Source: Myxococcota bacterium
Lineage (GTDB): Bacteria; Myxococcota_A; UBA9160; UBA4427
Reading direction: 5' to 3'
NCBI GenBank assembly: GCA_965250285.1
Contig: OZ252299.1
Coordinates: 5,408,001 to 5,472,000 of the forward strand
Length of the DNA: 64,000 nt
Positions 30,526 to 40,850 of this stretch are shown here, piece by piece; the stretch's first letter is position 1, and each line of letters opens with the position of its first letter. The notes below the pieces were generated by a model. The model did not search any database. It was given only the letters and a program-made list of their open reading frames with translations, and was not told the DNA's origin. A program made the translations under genes and the position numbers.

Positions 30526-32295
30526 ATGGAGCTCGCAAGCCCCCTCTCGAGCTGGCTCTCGGTCGCGCGCGGCGTCGTGCGCATCCTGCCGAACTCGCGG
30601 TGGACGATGACGCGTCTGCTCGACGAACGCGTGAAGGCGGCGCCGAACGACCCGGCGCTGGCCTATCTCGATCGCCGCTACACGTGGCGCGAGCTCGACG
30701 CCGAGGTCAATCGCTGGGCGAACGTGCTGCTCGACGAGGGCATTCGGCCGGGCGACGTGGTCGCGCTGATGATGGACAACCGGCCCGAGTATCTCTTTGC
30801 GGTGCACGGGCTCGATCGCATCGGGGCGTCGGCGGCGCTCATCAACACGAACCTGACCGGTGCGCCGCTGGTGCACGCGGTCAAGATCGGCGGCGCGCGC
30901 AAGGTGATCGCGGGGGACGAGCACGCCGAGGCCGTCGACGCGGTGCGGGGCGATCTCGAGGGCGTCGACGCCGAGCGCGGCGTGCTGGTGCACGTCGAGC
31001 ACGAGACAGAGCGTCGGCCCGGGGGCGGCGACGCGATCAACGATGCCGTCGAAGCGGCGAGCGAGGCCGCGCCGGGCATCGAGCTCGACGCGGGCATCGA
31101 TGACCTCTTCTGCTTCATCTACACGTCGGGCACGACGGGCCTGCCCAAGGCGGCGGTGATCTCGCACAAGCGCGCGATGATGGCCGGGGCCGGCATGGCG
31201 CATTTGATGATGCGGCTGCAGCCGGGGCACGTGAACTACATCGCGCTGCCGCTCTATCACTCGAGCGCGATGTTCCTCGGCTGGAGCGCGGTGCTGAACA
31301 GCGGTGCGAGCATGGCGCTGCGCCGCAAGTTCTCGGTCACGCACTTCTGGGACGACGTGCGCAAGTTCGGCGCGTCGCACTTCGTCTACATCGGCGAGCT
31401 CTGCCGCTATCTGCTGAACGGCAAGCCGTCGTCGGGCGACCGCGATCACGATCTGCAGGTGGCCGCCGGAAACGGCCTGCGCCCCGACATCTGGGGCGAG
31501 TTTCAGCAGCGCTTCGGCATCCCGCACATCCGCGAGTTCTACGGCGCGACCGAAGGCACCGCGGCCCTCATGAACCGCGAGGGCAAGCCCGGCATGGTCG
31601 GGAAGCTCTCGCTGGGCATCAAGCTCGTGCGCTGCGACCAGGAGACGGGCGAGCCGATTCGCGACGCGTCGGGTTTCTGCACACCGTGCCAGACCGGTGA
31701 GATCGGCCTGCTGCTCGGGCCGATCACCAGCGCGACGAAGTTCGACGGCTACGCCGACGAGAGTGCGTCGAAGAAGAAGGTGATGACCGACGTCTTCAAG
31801 CGCGGCGATCGCTACTTCAACACCGGCGATCTGCTGCAGCTGCACGAAGGCAAGTGGCTCTCGTTCGCCGATCGCGTGGGCGACACGTTCCGCTGGAAGG
31901 GCGAGAACGTCTCGACCAACGAGGTGGCCGAGGTCTGCAACGGTGCGGCGGGGATTCTCGAGACCAACGTGTACGGGGTCGAGGTGCCGGGGGCCGACGG
32001 TCGCGCGGGCATGGCGGCGATCGATGCCGAAGCCGGGTTCGACCTCGGCGCCTTCGCCGAGCACGTGAAGGCGAACCTGCCGGGCTATCAGCGGCCGCTC
32101 TTCGTGCGGCTGCTCGGGGGCCACGACATGCGCACGACGGGGACGTTCAAGCACCAGAAGGTCGACTATCGAAACGAAGCCTTCGACCCGAGCCGCGTGG
32201 CCGATCCGCTCTATTACTTCGATGGCGACGCGTATCAGCCGCTCGACCAGGCGGTCTACGACGCGATCGGGCGGGGCGACGTTCAGGTCGGCTGA
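30526..32295 (+). CDS. Long-chain acyl-CoA synthetase (FATP/VLACS-like)
   Basis: YTSGTTGLPKA, YIGELCRYL, EFYGATEG, DRVGDTFRWKGENVST. Confidence 0.92.
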   Translation: MELASPLSSWLSVARGVVRILPNSRWTMTRLLDERVKAAPNDPALAYLDRRYTWRELDAEVNRWANVLLDEGIRPGDVVALMMDNRPEYLFAVHGLDRIGASAALINTNLTGAPLVHAVKIGGARKVIAGDEHAEAVDAVRGDLEGVDAERGVLVHVEHETERRPGGGDAINDAVEAASEAAPGIELDAGIDDLFCFIYTSGTTGLPKAAVISHKRAMMAGAGMAHLMMRLQPGHVNYIALPLYHSSAMFLGWSAVLNSGASMALRRKFSVTHFWDDVRKFGASHFVYIGELCRYLLNGKPSSGDRDHDLQVAAGNGLRPDIWGEFQQRFGIPHIREFYGATEGTAALMNREGKPGMVGKLSLGIKLVRCDQETGEPIRDASGFCTPCQTGEIGLLLGPITSATKFDGYADESASKKKVMTDVFKRGDRYFNTGDLLQLHEGKWLSFADRVGDTFRWKGENVSTNEVAEVCNGAAGILETNVYGVEVPGADGRAGMAAIDAEAGFDLGAFAEHVKANLPGYQRPLFVRLLGGHDMRTTGTFKHQKVDYRNEAFDPSRVADPLYYFDGDAYQPLDQAVYDAIGRGDVQVG

Positions 32296-32299
32296 GGCG

Positions 32300-32848
32300 T
32301 CAGCTGTCGATCACCGGCCGGCCGCTCGACCAGTCGATGCGGCGCACGGGGTCGGTGCGGCCATCCCACGCCTTGCATGCGCGTTCGATGTCGTCGAAGA
32401 GCGACGTCATCAGCTCGATGCGCGCCATGAGCTGCACCATGGGGCCCGGTGGCGCAGTGGTTTCGAGATAGGCGTGGGCGTCGCCGTAGCGCTGGCGCAG
32501 CCTGAAGCCCGGGGCGCGCGCACGCAGCTCTTCGAGCTTGGCGGGGATGTCATCGACCCAGACGGCGAGGTGCTGCAGGCCGCCCTCGGGTCGCCCGGCC
32601 AGGTACTCGCGATAGATCGTCGGCGTGTCGTCGTGCTGTTCGATCAGCTCGATCTGCTGATCGCCCGAGTACGCGAACGCGGCCGAGAGATCGGCCTGAA
32701 TGGGCGCGCCATCGAGCTCGCCCGGCGGACGAATGTGCCGTTCGACGAAGAAGGGCCCGACGCCGAGCGCGACGAAGTGCTCGAGCGCCGGCTCGAGCGC
32801 CGGCACCACCCAGCCTTGCTGGATGAACGGACCGAAGAGCGCGCTCAT
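32300..32848 (-). CDS. VOC/glyoxalase-family protein
   Basis: QQGWVVP...GVGPF...AFAYSGDQQIELIEQ...GLQHLAVW. Confidence 0.8.
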   Translation of the reverse strand: MSALFGPFIQQGWVVPALEPALEHFVALGVGPFFVERHIRPPGELDGAPIQADLSAAFAYSGDQQIELIEQHDDTPTIYREYLAGRPEGGLQHLAVWVDDIPAKLEELRARAPGFRLRQRYGDAHAYLETTAPPGPMVQLMARIELMTSLFDDIERACKAWDGRTDPVRRIDWSSGRPVIDS

Positions 32849-32870
32849 CGGGGCGCCGGCGCCGAAGCGA

Positions 32871-33872
32871 TCAAGCGAGCCACGACAGGCAGCCGGCTCG
32901 CTCGAGGATCGGGTCGAGGGCGCTCTTGTCGGTGACCGCGGCGTAGCGCTCGCGCAGCTTGCCGAGCGAGCGGGCGTGATACTTCTGCGGCTTCTGGGTC
33001 CAAGCGCCACTCGGGAGCTCGACGGTGAACTCTTCGTCGCCGGCTTCGAGGCACTTGGCGTTGGCGTCGCTCCAGGGCAGGAAGAGGGCGCCGACCTGCT
33101 CGGCGAGGAAGGGCCCGAGGGTGGGAGCGAGCGCCGCCCACGCCTCGAAGTCGCCCTCGGCCTTGGGCTCGAGCATGCGCTGCACCCAGCCGGTCACGTT
33201 CGGGTGCGCTTCGATCATCGGCCGAGGCGTCGGGTCGGTCCACGCGTTGTAGACCTGGCCCCAGAGGCCGAAGTCGCCGAAGGCCGGTCGGCCGCCAAAG
33301 AGATAGGGTCGACCGTCGAGGTGGGCCTCGAGCTGGTCGAGCCCGCGCTGCCACGAGTGCTCGATCGCCTCTTTCGTCTGACCGGACGAGCCGACGAACC
33401 AGGTGCGCTTCGTCATGCGCCCGAGGATCATGCCGATCACGCCCTCGCGCTCTTCGTCGCTCGCGCCCTCGGGCGCCATGTTCACCGACAGCCGTTCGGC
33501 CGCCGAGCGCGCATCGGGCTCGTACGACCAGCGGTAGTGGAACATCCACTTGTTGCCCCACTCGTCGCCGAACTCTTCGACGAGCGCCGACACGAAGGCC
33601 ACGGCCGGGTCGCTCGGATGAATCGTCGGGTCGGGGTGGCTCGACTCGAAGCGTTCGAGGATCGGCGTCGAGTCCTGAAACGCGGTGTCGTCGGGCATCA
33701 GCACCAGGGGGATGAGCGGCAGCTTCGCGTGCTGCTGGTAGAGCGCCATGTTCGACGCGTTGCGCTCGGTCCACTCGTGGTCGATGCCCTTGTAGCGAAG
33801 AACCGACCGAACCTTCACCGAGTAGGGCGAGAGCTCGGCGCCGAAGACGAGGGGGCGGGGGCGATCGGACAT
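32871..33872 (-). CDS. Glutathione S-transferase-family protein
   Basis: SPYSVKVRSVLRYK, LIP, QDSTPI, EEFGDEW, YLFGGRPAFGDFGL. Confidence 0.88.
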   Translation of the reverse strand: MSDRPRPLVFGAELSPYSVKVRSVLRYKGIDHEWTERNASNMALYQQHAKLPLIPLVLMPDDTAFQDSTPILERFESSHPDPTIHPSDPAVAFVSALVEEFGDEWGNKWMFHYRWSYEPDARSAAERLSVNMAPEGASDEEREGVIGMILGRMTKRTWFVGSSGQTKEAIEHSWQRGLDQLEAHLDGRPYLFGGRPAFGDFGLWGQVYNAWTDPTPRPMIEAHPNVTGWVQRMLEPKAEGDFEAWAALAPTLGPFLAEQVGALFLPWSDANAKCLEAGDEEFTVELPSGAWTQKPQKYHARSLGKLRERYAAVTDKSALDPILERAGCLSWLA

Positions 33873-34303
33873 GGGTCGGGCTCCTGGGGGTGTTCGGGGG
33901 CCTGTTGAAGCACCGAATGCTAGCGCGGGCCGAGAGCGGCGATGCGGGCCCGTGGCCGCGTCCACGCGTGGGCCGGCCGTTCCTTCGACCGATCTCGGCC
34001 GTGGCGGGGTCGGAGGCAGGCCGGATTGCGGTGGGGCTGCGGATCGATCTCGGCGATCCGAGGGCGCAGGCCGTTGCCATCGCGGCGCAGCGCGAACTGG
34101 GGCGATCACAGCCCGCCCGCCTGCGCGACTTCGCGGGGATCAGCGCTTATCCTTCGCGCGCTCCCATCCGATGAATTGATCATGCTTGGACGATTTCGGT
34201 GCGTTGGCAACTGGGGTGTCGACCTCCGCAGCCTGAAGGGGCGCGCGGTGATGGCGTCGCATCGACCGGCTGTCGCGCTCGTTGACGAAGCGAGGCCGAT
34301 GTC

Positions 34304-35353
34304 GTGAAGCTGCGCGACCTCGCGCTCATCGGTTGGATCGTCGTCTTCCTGTCGCTGGTCGAGGTCGCGCTCGAGACACGGGCCCATCTGAACGGTTGGA
34401 ACACTCTGATCTACGGGCCGGTGGTGCGCGCATCGGTCGACTCGGATCGTGAGAGCGATCCGAGCTCGCCCACCTTCGGCCCGACCGCCGCCTTCCCGTT
34501 CCGGAGCGAGATCGTGGCAGGTGCCGCGCCCGACGGCGTCGACCGCATCTGGATTGCGTCGGCTTCGCACGGTGAGGATGTCCATCTGCCGGCGGACGTC
34601 ATCTTTCCTCATCTCGTCGGCGTCGAGCGCACCTCGTCGGGCCGGCCGACGCAGGTCCTCAACGCGAGCCGGGCCGGCCACGACATCGCATCGAACGGTG
34701 AGATGCTCGTGCGCGAGGCGCCCACCTGGAAACCCGACGTTGTGCTTCTCTATCAGGCATCGATCGACATCGGCCGACTCGCGAAAGAGGTCGACCCGCT
34801 CGGCGGGGTCGGCCCGACCGCCGCTGCCCGGTCGGGTGCCAGCCAGCCAGCGTGGCTGCAGCAGGCCTTCGAGTCGACCACCACGTATGAGTTGTTGGCC
34901 GGCACCGTCCGCGCCTGGCTCGGTACCCAGCGGGTCCTGACCGAACGCCTGAGCGACGAGGCCCTCGCTCGCTACGAAGCGGTCGTGCGTGAGTTCGTCG
35001 CGACGACGCGCGCGGCCGGCGCCCGACCCGTGCTTGCCACGTTTGCAACGAGTCACACGAAGGAAGATCTGGGAGCTATCCCGGAGCACATCGTTCTCGG
35101 CGTGTTTCAATTCAACGACCAGCTGTCGATGGCTGCTTGGCTCGATGCGATCGAGCGCTGCAACGCGGTCATTCGCGCCGTGGCGGCCGAAGAGGAGATC
35201 ACGGTCGTTCCAGTCGCTGAGGAGCTGACCGGGCGCGATCAGCACTTCCGCGACCTGGTCCACTTCTCTCCGAGCGGGCACGCGATCGTCGCCAAGACGA
35301 TCGCGGCCGCCCTCGCCGAGCCCGCTGATACGGCTGGAGGGCTGGCCGAGTGA
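34304..35353 (+). CDS. SGNH/GDSL-like membrane-anchored protein
   Basis: N-terminal TM; NASRAG, KPDVVLLY, FRDLVHFSPSGH; block I atypical (ASASH). Confidence 0.65.
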   Translation: MKLRDLALIGWIVVFLSLVEVALETRAHLNGWNTLIYGPVVRASVDSDRESDPSSPTFGPTAAFPFRSEIVAGAAPDGVDRIWIASASHGEDVHLPADVIFPHLVGVERTSSGRPTQVLNASRAGHDIASNGEMLVREAPTWKPDVVLLYQASIDIGRLAKEVDPLGGVGPTAAARSGASQPAWLQQAFESTTTYELLAGTVRAWLGTQRVLTERLSDEALARYEAVVREFVATTRAAGARPVLATFATSHTKEDLGAIPEHIVLGVFQFNDQLSMAAWLDAIERCNAVIRAVAAEEEITVVPVAEELTGRDQHFRDLVHFSPSGHAIVAKTIAAALAEPADTAGGLAE

Positions 35354-36750
35354 ACTTCAACTCGCTCGAGTTCGCGCTCTTCTTTGCGACTCTTCTGCTG
35401 ATCTACACCTGGGTGTTCGCGCGCCCGCTGGCGCGCAACGTGACGCTGCTGGTCGCCAGCTACTTCTTCTACATGTCGTGGGACTGGCGCTACGCCGGCC
35501 TGATCGCCCTTTCGACGCTCGTCGACTACGTGATCGGCTTGCGGCTCTCGAGAGAAGACCAGCCAGGGATACGACGCGCGCTCGTGATTGCGAGCCTCTC
35601 GTTCAACCTCGGCATTCTGGGCCTCTTCAAGTACTACAACTTCTTCATCGACGTCGGTGAAGGCGCGCTCTCGCTGTTCGGCTTCGACGTCTCAGGATTG
35701 AAGGTCGACCTGCTCCTGCCCGTCGGCATCTCGTTCTACACGTTCCAGACGCTCAGCTACACGCTCGATCTGTACCGCAGGAACATCGAGGTCGAGCGCA
35801 GCCTGTTGCGCTTCGCCGTCTACGTGTCGTTCTTTCCGCAGCTGGTCGCCGGGCCGATCGTGCGCGCCTCTGACTTTCTGCCGCAGCTCAACCGGACGCC
35901 GAACGTTTCTCGGAACCGATTCGATGATGGGTTCACGCTCATCTTCCAGGGGCTGTTCAAGAAGGTCGTGATCGCCGATCTCCTGGGCGGACTCGGCGTC
36001 GACGCCGTCTTTGCGAATCCGTCAGAGTTCTCCAGCCTCGACCTCCTGCTCGCGCTCTACGGGTACACCTACCAGATCTACAACGACTTCTCCGGCTACA
36101 GCGATATCGCGATCGGCGCCGCTCGGGTGATGGGCTTCGACCTGCCCGAGAACTTCAACCGGCCATACCACTCGCAGAACGTCCGGGAGTTCTGGACGCG
36201 CTGGCACATCTCGCTCTCAACGTGGCTTCGCGACTATCTCTATATCTCGCTTGGCGGCAACCGCCGCGGCTCGAGACGTACGAACGTGAACCTGATGGTC
36301 ACCATGCTCCTCGGCGGACTCTGGCACGGAGCCGCACTGAACTTCGTGCTCTGGGGCGCCTACCACGGCCTGCTGCTCGTGCTGGCGGGACGCGGCGCCG
36401 AACGTACGCCCCATGTCGGCGGCGGGCGCAAGCTGCTGAATCAAGTCGCGACCTTCCATCTGATCGTCTTCGGTTGGCTCCTCTTCCGCGTGCAGGATGC
36501 CCCGCAGTTCGTCGACTATGTGAGCGGCCTCCTCGCCTTCAGCGGGGGCAGTCGGCTGCAGCCGGCCTATCTGGCGGTGCTGGCGCTGGCGATCTTCGCG
36601 CACGTGGTTCCGCGCGGTCTTCTCGCAGACGCGCGGCAGCGGCTCGTCGCCCAGCCGCGATTCGTCCAGGGGGGTCTGTACGCCGGGCTCCTCATGATCT
36701 ACGTCGGCGTGACGCTCGGCGCACCTGCCTTCATCTACTTCCAGTTCTGA
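35350..36750 (+). CDS. MBOAT O-acyltransferase (AlgI/PatA/DltB-like)
   Basis: LPVGISFYTFQ, FFPQLVAGPI, DFSGYSDIAIG, FWTRWHISLSTWLRDY, GLWHGA. Confidence 0.93.
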   Translation: MNFNSLEFALFFATLLLIYTWVFARPLARNVTLLVASYFFYMSWDWRYAGLIALSTLVDYVIGLRLSREDQPGIRRALVIASLSFNLGILGLFKYYNFFIDVGEGALSLFGFDVSGLKVDLLLPVGISFYTFQTLSYTLDLYRRNIEVERSLLRFAVYVSFFPQLVAGPIVRASDFLPQLNRTPNVSRNRFDDGFTLIFQGLFKKVVIADLLGGLGVDAVFANPSEFSSLDLLLALYGYTYQIYNDFSGYSDIAIGAARVMGFDLPENFNRPYHSQNVREFWTRWHISLSTWLRDYLYISLGGNRRGSRRTNVNLMVTMLLGGLWHGAALNFVLWGAYHGLLLVLAGRGAERTPHVGGGRKLLNQVATFHLIVFGWLLFRVQDAPQFVDYVSGLLAFSGGSRLQPAYLAVLALAIFAHVVPRGLLADARQRLVAQPRFVQGGLYAGLLMIYVGVTLGAPAFIYFQF

Positions 36751-36990
36751 GGGAGCCGCGTTCGCGGCTGCGTCGGTGAGGGGGGAGTCCCGTTCACGGT
36801 GCTCGTGGCCGCTGAACCCGAACCCGGCGTCGGCGCCGAGACTACGTGCCTGCGGTCCACCTGCGATCTCGACGAATCAAGTGGGCTGTCCGGCCCACAC
36901 GGGCACGCCCCGCGCCCGCATGATCTGATCTACGCTCGGAGGGCCCTTCGAAGTCGATGCCCCGGCTCGAGACGCGGAGGCAGCGCGGTC

Positions 36991-37509
36991 GTGGACGGCC
37001 TCTCCATTCGTGCTCTGCTCGTCACGGCTGCGCTTGGCGGCATCTTGACCGGCGCCGTGTTCTTCACGCTCGACTATGCGCACGGCCTCTCGTATCTCTC
37101 GAGCGACTCTTCGGCCTGCGCGAACTGCCACATCATGGAGCCGCAGTACGTGTCGTGGCAGCGCGGGTCGCACCGGGCCGTCGCTGGCTGCGTCGACTGC
37201 CATCTGCCCCAGCACGGGCTCGCCAAGTGGGTGTCGAAGGCCGACAACGGCTGGCGCCACACGGTGGCGTTCACCCTGCAGAACTTTTCCGAACCGATCG
37301 TCATGCGGCCGGTCAACCGTGAGACGCTGCAGCAGAACTGCATCGAGTGCCATGGGGGCCTCACGCACGACGTCACGGCGATCGCACCCGACGCGGTCGA
37401 GTGCGTGCACTGTCACAGCGACGTGGGCCACGGCGAGCGCCTCGGTCTCGGTGGACCGCCGACGGCCGCAGAGCTCTCGCTGCCCCTTCCGCCAGGAGTC
37501 GATGGATGA
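36991..37509 (+). CDS. nrfH: Cytochrome c nitrite reductase small subunit (tetraheme)
   Basis: [32 protein letters not shown]-terminal TM; overlaps nrfA. Confidence 0.9.
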   Translation: MDGLSIRALLVTAALGGILTGAVFFTLDYAHGLSYLSSDSSACANCHIMEPQYVSWQRGSHRAVAGCVDCHLPQHGLAKWVSKADNGWRHTVAFTLQNFSEPIVMRPVNRETLQQNCIECHGGLTHDVTAIAPDAVECVHCHSDVGHGERLGLGGPPTAAELSLPLPPGVDG

Positions 37510-38933
37510 GCGAACGATCCCCTTTGAGCGCCCGCGTGCTGATCGCCGCGGCGGTCGTGTTCGGCATCGGAACGGTCGCGGTGTTCGCCCTGCTCGCGAA
37601 CATCGCCGACCGCAAAGAAGAGGCGAGGTCGCCCTTCGTGCGCGTGGTCGAGGTCACCGAAGACGACACCGACCCCGAGAAGTGGGCGGCGAACTGGCCG
37701 CAGCAGTACGACAGCTACAAGAAGACGGCGATCGCAACGCGCACCCGCTTCGGCGGTCACGGCGGCTCAGAGGCGCTGCCCGAGCAGAAGATCGAGCGCG
37801 ACCCGTGGCTGCAGAAGATGTTTCGCGGCTACGCGTTCTCGATCGACTACCGCGATCGCCGCGGCCACGCCTACATGCTCTCGGATCAAGAGAACACCGA
37901 GCGACTCACCAAGCCCCAGAGCGGCTCGTGCCTGCACTGTCACGCGTCGGTGATGCCGCTCTACCGCGAGCTCGGCGATGGCGACGCCATGGCCGGCTTC
38001 GAGAAGACCTACGAGTACTCGTACCAGGATCTACACGCGATGCTCGAGGAGACGGGCAGCGCGCATCCCGTGTCGTGCGTCGACTGCCACGATCCCGATA
38101 CGATGCGCCTGCGGGTGACTCGGCCCGGCTTCATCCAGGGCATTCAGGCGCTGGCCGAGAGCGACGCCGACGTGCCGCACCTGCCCTCGATTCGCGAATG
38201 GCGCGCCACCGATCGCAGCGAGCCCTATGACCCGAACGTCGACGCTTCGCGCACCGAGATGCGCTCGTACGTGTGCGGGCAATGCCACGTCGAGTACTAC
38301 TGCTCGAGCGGCATGAAGCTCACCTTTCCGTGGGGCAATGGCCTGACCGCCGAACAGACCGAGGCGTTCTGGGACGAGACGACGCTCGACGACGGCAGTC
38401 GCTTCGTCGACTACTTCCATGCGGAGAGCGGCGCGCCGATCCTCAAGGCGCAGCACCCCGAGTTCGAGCTCTGGAGCCAGGGCATTCACGCGCGCAGCGG
38501 CGTGAGCTGCGCCGATTGCCACATGCCCTACATGCGTGAGGGCGCGACGAAGGTGTCGGATCACTGGGTGCGCAGCCCGCTGCTGAACGTGAACCGCGCG
38601 TGCCAGACCTGTCACCACTTCTCGGAGGACGAGCTGCTCGAGCGCGTTGCCGTCATTCAGGATCGCAACCACGAGCTGCTGCAGCGCGGCGGGGTCGCGA
38701 TCGTCGATCTGATCGATGCGATCGTCGCGGCCCAGGCGGCGGGCGCGACCGATGAGGCGCTCGCGCCGGCGCGCGAGCTGCAGCGCAAGGCGCAGTGGCG
38801 GCTCGACTTCATCGCGGCCGAGAACTCGATGGGCTTCCATGCGCCGCAGGAGGCCGCGCGCGTGCTCGGTGAGGCGCTCGACTACGCGCGTCAGGGGCAG
38901 GTCGCCGCTCTGCAGGCGGTGCCGAGCACCTAG
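37506..38933 (+). CDS. nrfA: Ammonia-forming cytochrome c nitrite reductase, CxxCH-type heme 1
   Basis: Five heme motifs ([29 protein letters not shown]); [23 protein letters not shown]. Confidence 0.93.
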   Translation: MSERSPLSARVLIAAAVVFGIGTVAVFALLANIADRKEEARSPFVRVVEVTEDDTDPEKWAANWPQQYDSYKKTAIATRTRFGGHGGSEALPEQKIERDPWLQKMFRGYAFSIDYRDRRGHAYMLSDQENTERLTKPQSGSCLHCHASVMPLYRELGDGDAMAGFEKTYEYSYQDLHAMLEETGSAHPVSCVDCHDPDTMRLRVTRPGFIQGIQALAESDADVPHLPSIREWRATDRSEPYDPNVDASRTEMRSYVCGQCHVEYYCSSGMKLTFPWGNGLTAEQTEAFWDETTLDDGSRFVDYFHAESGAPILKAQHPEFELWSQGIHARSGVSCADCHMPYMREGATKVSDHWVRSPLLNVNRACQTCHHFSEDELLERVAVIQDRNHELLQRGGVAIVDLIDAIVAAQAAGATDEALAPARELQRKAQWRLDFIAAENSMGFHAPQEAARVLGEALDYARQGQVAALQAVPST

Positions 38934-38966
38934 CTCAGCACGCGACCGGGCGGCCGGCAGCGGCCG

Positions 38967-40013
38967 TCAGGCGAGTCGCTGCGCCAGATCGACGTGGTCT
39001 GCGTAGGGCGGGCCCCCGCGCTGCGCCGCCGCTGTCGCCGGGGATCCGAGCCAGCGCCGCTTGAACGCGGCCATCCGATCGAGCGACGCGCTCAATCGCT
39101 CGGCCGGCATGGCTTCAAGGGCCGCCAGCACGGCATCGCGCAGGTCGTCGCGACTGCAGACGAGCATGGCGTCGACGCCGGCACCGAGGGCGAAGTCGAC
39201 GATCTCGCCCGGCGTGTAGTGATCGGCCACGGCCTTCATCTCGAGATCGTCGGTGAAGACGAGCCCTTGCCAGCCGAGCTCGTCGCGCAGCACGCCCACC
39301 GCCTTCGCCGAGAGCGTCGCCGGGCGTTCGGCGTCGAGCGACTCGACCACGACGTGCGCCGTCATCATGCTGGCGACGCCGGCGTCGCGCGCCGCGAGAA
39401 ACGGTGGCCATTCGACCGTGCGCAAGCGCTCGAGCGGCGTCGACACCCGAGGCAGAGCGAGGTGGCTGTCGACGAAGGTGTCGCCGTGCCCGGGAAAGTG
39501 CTTGGCGCAGGCGGCGACCCCCGTCGACTGCAGGCCCTCGATGAAGGCGACCGCATGGCGCGCGACCGCGTCGGCGTCGCGCGCGAAGCTGCGGTCGCCG
39601 ATCACCGGGTTGTCGGGGTTCGAGTCGACGTCGCAGCACGGCGCGAAGTCGAGATCGAACCCGACATCGCGCAGCTCGAGCCCCATCGCGACGCCGACCT
39701 CGCGGGTCGCCGCGGCGTCGTCGCTCGCTGCGATGGTGCGCGCCGGCGGAAACTCGGTCCAGGGCGCGCGCAGACGCTGCACTCGGCCGCCCTCCTGATC
39801 GATGGCGACGCAGAGCGGCGTGCCCTCGGGTGCGAGCGCGTGCAGTGTGTCGATCAGCGCGCGCGTCTCGTCGGGCGTGCCGACGTTGCGCGCGAAGAGC
39901 GTCACGCCCCCCACGCGACCCGCGCGGATCAGGTCGGCGAGGTCACCCGGTACGTCGAGGCCGGGCAGCCCTGCGAAGAGGAGCTGGCCCGGTTGTCGTT
40001 CGGTCGTCGTCAT
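38967..40013 (-). CDS. nagZ: GH3 beta-N-acetylhexosaminidase
   Basis: IDQEGGRVQR, KHFPGHGDTFVDSH, MMTAH, TDDLEM. Confidence 0.9.
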   Translation of the reverse strand: MTTTERQPGQLLFAGLPGLDVPGDLADLIRAGRVGGVTLFARNVGTPDETRALIDTLHALAPEGTPLCVAIDQEGGRVQRLRAPWTEFPPARTIAASDDAAATREVGVAMGLELRDVGFDLDFAPCCDVDSNPDNPVIGDRSFARDADAVARHAVAFIEGLQSTGVAACAKHFPGHGDTFVDSHLALPRVSTPLERLRTVEWPPFLAARDAGVASMMTAHVVVESLDAERPATLSAKAVGVLRDELGWQGLVFTDDLEMKAVADHYTPGEIVDFALGAGVDAMLVCSRDDLRDAVLAALEAMPAERLSASLDRMAAFKRRWLGSPATAAAQRGGPPYADHVDLAQRLA

Positions 40014-40253
40014 CCCAATCCATCATCGCGGTGTAGAAAATGGTCGAAAGGTGTCGAAAGGGGTCGACCCGGAGGGCCGGCTCTCACGCCCGACTCCGGT
40101 CGCCGAGCCCCACCAGCATATGTCAGGTTGGACGCGTCGCATCGATGCTGCAGCCGATTCGGCGCTCGGGCGCGCGCGCCCGTGATAGGGTGATCGGGTG
40201 TCGGCTGCGCGCGCTCGCCCGCGCGCGGGGCCGATCTCTGGGAGGCGGCGATC

Positions 40254-40850
40254 ATGCGGCGATGTGCACCCTTGCGTTTCTTTCTCTCTCTCGCGTGCGT
40301 GTGGGCGGTGTCGGTGTTCGTCGCCGCGCCCGGGCTCGCGGCGCCGGTCGAGCTGCTGATCGAGGGCGATCTCTTCGCCGCCGGCGATCCCGCTCCGCTC
40401 CCAGTCTCGGTGAGCCTCGTCGTCGAATCGACCCAACCCGACGAGAACCCGGCCTCGAACGTCTACCTGGCGACCGACCACGGGGCGTTCACGCTCGATA
40501 CCGTGCTGGCCCCGAGCGCACCGCCGATCAACCTGATCGGCACGCCGAGCCAGATCACGGCCGACGCGGTGGCGGGGGCCTGGGGGTTCGACATCACGAT
40601 CGACCTCGGTCTCGCGACCGTCGACGCCGACCTCGAGTTTCTCGGCCTGGGGCTCACGCCCGATCAGATCCTGCCCGACTTCACGTCGATTCAGAGCGGC
40701 GTGCTCACCGCCGATACCGGGGCCCTGGGCCTCGGTGTGCTCTCGGGGGACGTCTCGCTCACGATCGTGCCCGAGCCCTCGACCGCGCTGCTCGTCGGCC
40801 TCGGCCTCACGGCCTTCGGTCTGCGTCGCAGGAGGAGCCGGGCGCGCTAG
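40254..40850 (+). CDS. PEP-CTERM sorting-domain surface protein
   Basis: Signal peptide; C-terminal VPEPSTALLVGLGLTAFGLRRRRSRAR. Confidence 0.85.
   Translation: MRRCAPLRFFLSLACVWAVSVFVAAPGLAAPVELLIEGDLFAAGDPAPLPVSVSLVVESTQPDENPASNVYLATDHGAFTLDTVLAPSAPPINLIGTPSQITADAVAGAWGFDITIDLGLATVDADLEFLGLGLTPDQILPDFTSIQSGVLTADTGALGLGVLSGDVSLTIVPEPSTALLVGLGLTAFGLRRRRSRAR

Noticed and set aside
36860..36940. FNR box upstream of nrfH
   Set aside because: Only half-sites (ATCAA, TGATC); no TTGAT-N4-ATCAA.
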